From: Candidatus Heimdallarchaeota archaeon | GTDB lineage: Archaea > Asgardarchaeota > Heimdallarchaeia > JABLTI01 | DNA: 32,000 nt | Direction: 5' to 3' | NCBI GenBank assembly: GCA_030614005.1 | Contig: JAUWKS010000027.1 | Location: 11,140-43,139 of the forward strand | Part shown: positions 9,052-16,839 of the stretch, one piece after another | Layout: each line of letters starts with the position of its first letter | How positions within the stretch are numbered: the first letter of the stretch is position 1 | The notes under the pieces: generated by a model | The model's input: only the letters and a program-made list of their open reading frames with translations | Databases searched by the model: none | What the model was told of the DNA's origin: nothing | Position numbers and translations under genes: made by a program

Positions 9052-11319
9052 ATGGATAAGGAAAACTATTCTGAAGAAGAAAAGGTACCTCCTACAATAA
9101 ATGATTTTGATGATTCATTAGAAAACCATAGTTTAAAAATAGATTTTCCAAATGGTGGATCACCACTAGAAAAAGCTCAACACATTGTGACAAAGATAGC
9201 AGAAAATTGTTCATTTGGAAACTTTAAAATTAATTTCCATTATTTGAAGAAACTAGAGGAGCTAGTGAAATCTAATTCAGAAAACAACGAAATCTTTTAC
9301 TGTTTAATTGAAGGCATAACAGTTGCATTGCAGTCACAAGAAGAAGATGGAAAAGAGGAAAACCTTAAACCCTTAATGGATGAAATCATTATACTTGTTC
9401 AGAATAATATTACAAAGGATGATTATTTAGCTGCTTTGAGTGATGTGTTTCTTCTTGGAGAAGAGATATTTCTAAGTAATGATCTACTTGAAGACTTAGA
9501 AAAATACACTCATTTTATTGTTAATTTCTCTCTTGAGCATTCAAATAATATTCTTTTAAGGACCTCTGCTGCAGATGCAGTAATTATAACTCTCTCTGGT
9601 TTTGGAAATGACTGGAATTATGAAAAAACTAAGCAGTATGGGAAATTATTGAGAGGATTACTTCCTCCATCAGAAACAAAAGGAATTTTTGCAGCAATAT
9701 TAATCAAAGGACTGGCTGAAGAAATTAGTTGTTATGGGGATATGCATGAATTTGGAGCATTAGAACGTTCACTCGAGTTAATGAAAGAAGTTTATACATT
9801 AAATTCTGATTATAAAATTGAAATCATTGAAGACTATTCAGATGGTTTGATAAATGCTGTCCGGTGGTATGGGGAAGAAGAAAATTACAGTAAAATGATG
9901 GAGCTGCTCAAAGAAGTAGCTCAACTTACAGAAGAAAATAGCTTTTTATTACCAATTAAAATCGCATATGCAAATGGTTTGAGAATTGCACTTGATCTTT
10001 CAGGTGTAGTGGATGATCTTGAAACAGCTACAAAATTAGCCAAAGATTTGTTTAATCTTTCCGAAGTATACCCCGATATCAAGGAATTGCAAACTATAGC
10101 ATTGATCGGTTTATTTAAAGCTGCTTCGTGGGCGGGTGCATATTGGGAAACCGGATTGGTTATTTCTCTACTTTCAAATGTAATTAAAATCTACAAACGA
10201 TTTCCAGATGATAATAGCTTTAAGATACTGCTAGGTAGAGGTTTATTCAATTTAACAAAAGCATTAACAGAGATAGGCAAAAAGAAAGTTATGGAAAAAA
10301 TCCTTGAAGAAATTGGAAAATTAAATCAAGACAATCCTAATTTAATTGAAGTGGCTCAATATTATTCTAAGTCAATTGTTAATGCGATATTTCTTTTTGG
10401 TGAAGTTAGTGAATCTAAAGAGGAGATTTTCTCTTATTTATCTCATTCCGAATCATTAGTAAAAAAATTCCCAAAGGATGAAGAGATAATACTGAATTAC
10501 TCAAAAGCTCTTGTTAATGTCGTTCGGATTTTAGGAAAATTTGGACAGATAGATGAAATGGAGCAGATGTTAGATACGCTAAGAGATTTTTGTATGTTAA
10601 CTGATAGTCGAGAGGTATTAATTCGCTTAGCAAAAGCATACATTGATGCTATTACGGCGTATGGAGAAATGGTTGAACTCGAAAAAATTATCCCCCTCTA
10701 CAATGAATTGATAAATTGGGCAGAAGAGGATACTGATGATATTGATTTTCAAATTTTGTTAGCAAAAGCGATTGTGAATGTTGTAAGCAGCTTCGGAAAA
10801 AATAATAGATATGTTGAGATGGAAGTGTATCTCGATGATTTACGAGAATTGGTTGATGAATTTCCTGGTCTTTCAGATATAAATATCCAATTAGCGAAAG
10901 GATTGTCATTAGCAATTCGTTGGTTTATCCAAGCTAATGATTCTGAAAAAGCATTTGTGTTGTTGAATGAGATTGATAGATTGCAATTAGAATTCGCAGA
11001 TGAATTCATTATGCAAGAATTATATGCTCGAGCTTCTAGACGATTATTGGTTCATTCTTCACAAGAGGGAAAGAATGCAAGAGCTGATTTAATGCTTGAA
11101 AATCTTAGAATTTTATTGAAGGATAACCCAACAGCTGAAAACCTGCAATTAGAATTTGCAAGAGGTTTATCCTTTACAATAATCAAGAAATCCAATGATA
11201 TTGAAGATTCTACATGGCATTCCCTAGTAATGGAGATACAAGGGTTACGAATACAATTTCCATATAATGAGAAATTAGAAGAAATCCACGATGCTGTAAA
11301 ACCACTCTTCAAAGACTGA
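9052..11319 (+). CDS. Alpha-solenoid (TPR-like) protein with ~44-aa repeats
   Basis: A [LY]AK[GA]L.N-like motif recurs near residues 88, 176, 220, 265, 309, 353, 397, 441, 486, 529, 573, 617, 661 and 705. Confidence 0.85.
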   Translation: MDKENYSEEEKVPPTINDFDDSLENHSLKIDFPNGGSPLEKAQHIVTKIAENCSFGNFKINFHYLKKLEELVKSNSENNEIFYCLIEGITVALQSQEEDGKEENLKPLMDEIIILVQNNITKDDYLAALSDVFLLGEEIFLSNDLLEDLEKYTHFIVNFSLEHSNNILLRTSAADAVIITLSGFGNDWNYEKTKQYGKLLRGLLPPSETKGIFAAILIKGLAEEISCYGDMHEFGALERSLELMKEVYTLNSDYKIEIIEDYSDGLINAVRWYGEEENYSKMMELLKEVAQLTEENSFLLPIKIAYANGLRIALDLSGVVDDLETATKLAKDLFNLSEVYPDIKELQTIALIGLFKAASWAGAYWETGLVISLLSNVIKIYKRFPDDNSFKILLGRGLFNLTKALTEIGKKKVMEKILEEIGKLNQDNPNLIEVAQYYSKSIVNAIFLFGEVSESKEEIFSYLSHSESLVKKFPKDEEIILNYSKALVNVVRILGKFGQIDEMEQMLDTLRDFCMLTDSREVLIRLAKAYIDAITAYGEMVELEKIIPLYNELINWAEEDTDDIDFQILLAKAIVNVVSSFGKNNRYVEMEVYLDDLRELVDEFPGLSDINIQLAKGLSLAIRWFIQANDSEKAFVLLNEIDRLQLEFADEFIMQELYARASRRLLVHSSQEGKNARADLMLENLRILLKDNPTAENLQLEFARGLSFTIIKKSNDIEDSTWHSLVMEIQGLRIQFPYNEKLEEIHDAVKPLFKD

Positions 11320-11324
11320 TTGTT

Positions 11325-11531
11325 TTATTCTAAAGGTGGAAAGATATCATCTGTTGGTCCTCTATTTCTTTGACCTGGAGGTTTAGGCATTCTATTGCGT
11401 GGGTCTGGTGGTAAATTACGATAACAGTTTTTACATACAAGTTTTGGTCCATTTGGGAAATGATAAATTCTTAATTCTTCTCGTTTTGCAACTTTATGGC
11501 AAATACTGCAATGATCAAATGACTGAAGCAC
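11325..11531 (-). CDS. Small CxxC...CxxC zinc-finger protein with Pro/Arg-rich tail
   Basis: GTG start, CSIC and CKNC, 68 aa. Fills the gap between the solenoid gene and sufS. Confidence 0.55.
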   Translation of the reverse strand: MLQSFDHCSICHKVAKREELRIYHFPNGPKLVCKNCYRNLPPDPRNRMPKPPGQRNRGPTDDIFPPLE

Positions 11532-11683
11532 TTTTTCTTCAACTCTTTGTTGATTAGATATACCAAGCTTACAATAATATTACATTATTATCAAATAAAA
11601 AAATTTCTATAAATAGAAAGCTTTTTCAAAAGCAATGATTTGTTCAGCAATAATCAAATTTCCATACAAATTGATTAAATATC

Positions 11684-12949
11684 TTGGTGAAAAAAATGGT
11701 TAACTGGACAAAAATTAGAGACGATTTCCCTACACTCAAAAGGAAAATAGATGGAAAATCAATTGTTTATTTTGATAGTGCGTGTAATAGCTTAAAACCA
11801 CAACAAGTTATTGATTCGCTCTGTTATTATTACACAAATCTTGGGGCATGTGGTGGACGATCAATACATTCACTTGCACGTGAAACTACCGAGTTAAGAG
11901 ATGATGCTCGAGAAAAAATTGCCAAACATATAAACTCTAAAAATACAAACGAAATTATTTGGGTTAGAAATACAACAGAAGCAATTAATCTCGTTGCAAA
12001 TGCTTTGCATTTTGAAAAAGGTCAAGAAATTGTCACTACAAATCTTGAGCATCATAGTGGAGTACTTCCTTTTCACAAAGTTATGAAACGAAAAGGTCTT
12101 AAATTGAAGATTGTAGAAGCAGACAAATATGGTTTGTTTGATATTGAAGATTTTGAGAAAACAATCAATAAAAACACTCGATTAATTTCTATTGTTCATA
12201 CATCAAATACCACTGGTACAACTGCACCGCTAGAAGAAATCATTAAAATTGCCCATGATTATGGGGCGTTAGTGTTGTCAGATGATGCACAGTATTTCCC
12301 ACATAAAAAAACTGATGTTCAAAAATCCGACGTTGATTTTTGTGCTGTAAGCATGCATAAAGCCTTAGGACCATCTGGTATGGGTTTCCTGTACGGCAAG
12401 GAGCATTTATTGAAGGATATGGACTCTTTCCTGGTAGGTGGAGACACAATAGAAGATGTCAAATATATCGATGGGGAAGTAGTACCTACTTATTTAGAAC
12501 CACCTCATAAGTTTGAAGCTGGTTTACAAAATTATGCCGGGGAAATAGGTTCAGGAGCAGCAGTTGATTATCTTGATTCAATTGGTATGGAAAACATCGA
12601 AGCAAGAGAACACATTTTAACAGAAAAATTACAAAAAGCATTAGAAAGTATCCCGAGCATAACAACTATTGGACCTAAAGATCCAAGTCTTAGAAGTGGG
12701 ATTGTAGCGTTCCAAATGAAAAATATGGACACTACAGGTGACATAGCCAATTATTTGGATTCAGATGTAGAAGGAAATAAAATAATGATCAGAGCAGGAG
12801 CTCATTGTACAAATCCATTCCATTATCATATTGGAATATCACCAAGCACTGGAACTGCACGAGCATCAATTTATGTTTATAATAATGAGGAGGACATAAA
12901 ACTTCTCAAAGATGCTCTAGAGGATCTTGATAAAATAGTAAATGCTTAG
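11684..12949 (+). CDS. sufS: Cysteine desulfurase, SufS/CsdA group (class V PLP enzyme)
   Basis: YFDSAC..LKP, NTTEAIN, LEHHS, DDAQ, HKALGP (PLP lysine), FEAG, RAGAHC (catalytic Cys). Confidence 0.92.
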   Translation: MVKKMVNWTKIRDDFPTLKRKIDGKSIVYFDSACNSLKPQQVIDSLCYYYTNLGACGGRSIHSLARETTELRDDAREKIAKHINSKNTNEIIWVRNTTEAINLVANALHFEKGQEIVTTNLEHHSGVLPFHKVMKRKGLKLKIVEADKYGLFDIEDFEKTINKNTRLISIVHTSNTTGTTAPLEEIIKIAHDYGALVLSDDAQYFPHKKTDVQKSDVDFCAVSMHKALGPSGMGFLYGKEHLLKDMDSFLVGGDTIEDVKYIDGEVVPTYLEPPHKFEAGLQNYAGEIGSGAAVDYLDSIGMENIEAREHILTEKLQKALESIPSITTIGPKDPSLRSGIVAFQMKNMDTTGDIANYLDSDVEGNKIMIRAGAHCTNPFHYHIGISPSTGTARASIYVYNNEEDIKLLKDALEDLDKIVNA

Positions 12950-12971
12950 AAATGAATTTAATTACCCTACT

Positions 12972-14552
12972 CTATCCATTCCATAGATTAAAGGGTAAAT
13001 TATCTTTTTCTTTATCTCCACTTGAGAATCCTCTTTTTTCGCTTTTTACTGCATTCTCAAAAGAACCATATCGTTGTATAATCTGATCTTCAAGTGGTTT
13101 TGCGATATCTACTGCTGCTTTAACATGTTTTGAGGTAATTCTATCATCTCCATTAGTTATTGCAAGATCACCTGCTACTTTAATTAAACCTGCAAGTTCT
13201 CTAAGTCGTAACGTCAGAGATGCTTCTTCTTTATCAGCATTTTCAGCAATATATCTAGCATATTTAATTATATCATTGATGCCTCTACGATCCATTGCGG
13301 GAATTTTGTTATCTCTTAGAATTTCTTGAGCAATGAATTGCATTAATTTCATTCTATTTACTTCGTTATCTGGCATTGCAGTTTTCAAGAGGATTTCATA
13401 ACCATCACCTTGAATCCTAGAGCGCATAGGTGGTAATATTTTCGGAAGATCTGCAAGATTACAAGCAGCAACAAGAACGAAATCACAAGGAACATTATCT
13501 ACTCTTACTGATGCACCGGAGCTTTGAGGATTTCTACCAATGATTGGGGATTTCCGTTCTTGCATAGCTGTTAGTAATGATCTTTGTAAAGAACCAAGTT
13601 GGGAAATTTCATCTACAAATAAAACTCCTTGATGAGCTTCGTGTATACTTCCTGCAACTACTCGTTTGTATGGTGGAGTGCCCAATTTATGATGCCCACC
13701 ATATGGATCATGTAAGCAATCGCCAAGCAATTCAGTTGCACTTGCACCAGTTGCTTGAACAAAAAGAGATCTCCTAATAGGAACTAGAACTTTCATTGGT
13801 TTAGTTCCTTTTTTAGCTTGAGAAAGTTCAATAGCTTCTTGGTCAAATACTCTAATATTGTTCCCTGCTTCTTCAAATAAAAGGATCTCTTCTCTGCCAT
13901 CAGGAAGATAAATTGCTTTTGATACTTTAGACCCATCTGTTGTTTTTGTCGTGAAGGGTGAAAGTGAAAGCAAATCGCCAAATCTAGAAGATGATTTCTT
14001 ACGTTTTGATTTATTACAATGAGGACATAAGCGTGATTCTGGGATGGAAAAACCAGAACAATGTTCACACCCATAACCTAATTTTACTGTAACATCAAAT
14101 GGTGCTTTAGAGGGATGAATTAGTTTTCCAAATTCACTATTTGTTGTTGTTTGCTGTTTTCTAAGACGAAGTTCGTGTAATTGTTTAATTTCAAAAAATG
14201 GTCTTTCGGGGTTTTCTGGATTATGCACAATCCAAATTTCTTCTGATGGTTGTCCTAAGTGAAAAGATAATGCTTGTGCTATCATTGACTTTCCAATCCC
14301 TGGGGGGCCAATAAGTAACAAATTTCTTCTTTGTTGAGCAGCCATACGAGCTATTTTAATTGCAAAATCTTGACCGATTATCCTTTTCAGTGGGTCTTTT
14401 GGAATAGGAATATCAAAAGTATCTTCAATATCTCGTAATCTTACTATTTGTGACTCATCTCGAGATTGAGCTATCCTAGCATTCTCATTATGAGTATTTG
14501 TAGATGACCGTTCTGAATGAAAATCTTGACCTCGAGACATTAGTGTGCACAA
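12972..14552 (-). CDS. LonB-related AAA+ ATPase with Zn-ribbon insert, lacking protease domain and TM segment
   Basis: IPKDPLKRIIGQD, Walker A GPPGIGKS, LLGDCLHDPYGG, GSIHEAHQGVLFVDEI (Walker B), VPCDFVLVAACN, LRLRELAGL. The ORF ends at 526 aa with no Ser-Lys protease domain. Confidence 0.88.
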   Translation of the reverse strand: MCTLMSRGQDFHSERSSTNTHNENARIAQSRDESQIVRLRDIEDTFDIPIPKDPLKRIIGQDFAIKIARMAAQQRRNLLLIGPPGIGKSMIAQALSFHLGQPSEEIWIVHNPENPERPFFEIKQLHELRLRKQQTTTNSEFGKLIHPSKAPFDVTVKLGYGCEHCSGFSIPESRLCPHCNKSKRKKSSSRFGDLLSLSPFTTKTTDGSKVSKAIYLPDGREEILLFEEAGNNIRVFDQEAIELSQAKKGTKPMKVLVPIRRSLFVQATGASATELLGDCLHDPYGGHHKLGTPPYKRVVAGSIHEAHQGVLFVDEISQLGSLQRSLLTAMQERKSPIIGRNPQSSGASVRVDNVPCDFVLVAACNLADLPKILPPMRSRIQGDGYEILLKTAMPDNEVNRMKLMQFIAQEILRDNKIPAMDRRGINDIIKYARYIAENADKEEASLTLRLRELAGLIKVAGDLAITNGDDRITSKHVKAAVDIAKPLEDQIIQRYGSFENAVKSEKRGFSSGDKEKDNLPFNLWNG

Positions 14553-14634
14553 ATAGATATTAGATATTGTTTTTCTTAAAACAATAGATTATCCATATAA
14601 TATGAAAAAAATTGAAATTAAAAAGAGAAATTTT

Positions 14635-14667
14635 TTAGTTGGTAGAAAGATATTCCCAACCAACTAA
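14635..14667 (-). terminator. Inverted repeat downstream of dnaG
   Basis: TTAGTTGGT(14635-14643)/ACCAACTAA(14659-14667), 19 nt after the stop of the DnaG C-terminal frame. Confidence 0.4.
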
Positions 14668-14685
14668 ATATATAGTTAGATTTTT

Positions 14686-14958
14686 CTAAGCAAAACTAAA
14701 TATCTTAGTTTTATTCGGACTTTTCTCAAGTTCAGCTATTCGAGCTCCAATTAAAGTACCGATATTTTTTTCTTCACAAACATCAATTAATCTTTGAGTT
14801 ATAATACCATCAAAAACAACTGTAATAACACTTGATTTTGCTTTTTTAATTTCATCAAAGATTGAAATGACTGGTACTTTTTTCACTCGCTTTTTCTTTT
14901 CATTGAGGAAAATACCTTCTTGTTTTTCCTTTCCATCGATTTCTTTAACGAAGGACAT
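14686..14958 (-). CDS. dnaG: C-terminal domain of archaeal DnaG in a shifted frame
   Basis: VPVISIFDEI...VVFDGIITQRLIDVC..KNIGTLIG matches the archaeal DnaG C-domain. This frame stays open upstream through RERYSRPPPPKIPEEL to a TAG near 15017. Confidence 0.85.
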   Translation of the reverse strand: MSFVKEIDGKEKQEGIFLNEKKKRVKKVPVISIFDEIKKAKSSVITVVFDGIITQRLIDVCEEKNIGTLIGARIAELEKSPNKTKIFSFA

Positions 14959-16142
14959 TAATTCTTCAGGAATTTTAGGGGGAGGTGGACGACTATATCG
15001 CTCTCTCTTGAGCGACTATCCCTTGAAGATCTTCTATCGTATCCATCTCGTTGGTAAGGTCTTCTACCTCTAGTATCTCTAGAGTCTCTTGATTGATATC
15101 TTGGAGATGATGATCTTCTTGAATCCCTTGGTTGATAGGTTTGCTTTCTAGCGTCAGCGGCTACTGGAGCTGGTGTTCTCCTTTTCTCTTGAACAGCTTC
15201 TGTTGCGACTTTTGGAGGCATTGGCTTTCCTTTTGTTTTAGTTCCTCCTCTCGCTTGTTTTCTTTTAATTGCTTTTGCAAGTAATTCGTCAGCATGAATT
15301 TCAGTTATGAAACCTGCTTTTTCAATTGGAACTTTATTACTTAAATGTTCAACAATTTCTTTTGGTTTTAGATCTTCAACTTCGATACCAACAGGTGCAC
15401 GAGCGACATAATCAACTTCACTATACATTAGAAGTTCTTTTAGTATCAAATCTCCACCACGGTCTCCATCTAGAAACGCTATTGTTGTTTTTTTCTTGGT
15501 AAGATCGCTAACAGCTCTTGGAACAGATGCTCCTTGGACTGCCACAGTATTTCTCACTCCTGCTCGTAAGCAAGCAGCAATATCTGCTCTACCCTCAACA
15601 ATAATAATTGTGTCTGAACTGTTTAATTCTGGTCCAGCAGGTAGAGGTCCATAATTGGTAATACCACCAACTCGGGCTGCTTTAATCACTTCATCGTGAA
15701 TTTCGCTTGAATCTTGAGAAGATTCTGTTTCCCATTTCTTAAGAAGATCAGAAGCACGTGAGATGATTTTCTTTCGCTTTTCTTCGCGCACATCTTCGAT
15801 TTTCTTTATGCTAATTCTGGCATTGCAAGGGCCAATTCTATCAACAGTTTCAATAGCTGCTGCTAAAATTGATGTTTCGACCTTATCAAGACTTGATGGA
15901 ACAGAGAGACTTCCTTTGGTCTTTCCTCCACGTATGACAAGGCTTACTTGAATTCTACCAACTCTTCCACCTTTTTGCAATTCTCGCAAATCAAGATCGT
16001 CTGAGAGCAGACCTTCTGTTTGGCCAAATAAAGCTCCAACGACATCAGGTTTTTCAACGATGCCTTCAATATTGAAATCAGCATGAATCATATATTTTGT
16101 TGTTGTTGATTCCTCATAATTATGATTTTTAGTATATGGCAT
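14958..16142 (-). CDS. dnaG: Archaeal DnaG (N-terminal RNA-binding domain plus TOPRIM), frameshifted before the C-domain
   Basis: KYMIHADF.IEGIVEKPDVVGALFGQTEGLL, IIVEGRAD, FLDGDRGG. GGAGGT Shine-Dalgarno upstream of the ATG. Confidence 0.95.
   Translation of the reverse strand: MPYTKNHNYEESTTTKYMIHADFNIEGIVEKPDVVGALFGQTEGLLSDDLDLRELQKGGRVGRIQVSLVIRGGKTKGSLSVPSSLDKVETSILAAAIETVDRIGPCNARISIKKIEDVREEKRKKIISRASDLLKKWETESSQDSSEIHDEVIKAARVGGITNYGPLPAGPELNSSDTIIIVEGRADIAACLRAGVRNTVAVQGASVPRAVSDLTKKKTTIAFLDGDRGGDLILKELLMYSEVDYVARAPVGIEVEDLKPKEIVEHLSNKVPIEKAGFITEIHADELLAKAIKRKQARGGTKTKGKPMPPKVATEAVQEKRRTPAPVAADARKQTYQPRDSRRSSSPRYQSRDSRDTRGRRPYQRDGYDRRSSRDSRSRESDIVVHLPLKFLKN
15001..15008. repeat. (CT)4/(AG)4 dinucleotide run at the probable dnaG frameshift
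   Basis: Removing one AG unit on the minus strand gives ...SRERYSRPPPPKIPEELMSF... as one continuous frame. Confidence 0.65.
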
Positions 16143-16839
16143 TTATTTTATACCTCCAATATTAACCTAGGTTAAATTGTATAAATGACCCATTTGTTGA
16201 AAAAATCGCTTCGGAGAGAACCTTTTATCCACCACTCATAGGTGCATACGAAATAATAGGTCTTTTTTTACCTATTCTATTTATCTCAAATTTCTCCGGA
16301 TCAAAAAGAAAACGAATAGTCATCAATTGTTGATATTCTTAGAAAATTACCTTATGCAATTTTCCTCATATCTTTGAGCAATAGTAATAATTTCTTAACT
16401 TTCAATAAACTCCATTTTAGAGTAGAACTGTTGTTGTTCCAATTAGTATTCAGTCGAAATTATTGTGATAGTATTGCGCTAATCTTTACTGATTATTTTA
16501 TCTAAATTATTTCTCAACCACTTTTGTGGGAGTTGGTAATCGTGATTTGATGATTAGGCTCTGATTATTAGTTGTTTTTTTATTGGAGCCTTGTAATATT
16601 CTTAATTGTTCTTTTTGATCAATATATTCGATTTTATTAATCAAATGTCATTTGTTTGTTAAGTCAAATGTGCCTAAGAGGTTTTTAAACCTTTGTCTGT
16701 TGCTGAAAGTCAGCACAAATTAAAACGGTTTGAGAGTTACAAAAAAAATTTCAAACACATTTTTCTCTCGATAAAAGGTAACTCTTTTATTATTAGAACA
16801 TACATTTCACTATAGGATAAAGTAATTTATTTCCGCTCG

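Noticed and set aside
14958-15016. Programmed -1 ribosomal frameshift in dnaG
   Set aside because: No canonical X XXY YYZ heptamer in frame (the closest is A AAA TTC) and no evident downstream stimulatory structure. Not excluded, but unsupported.
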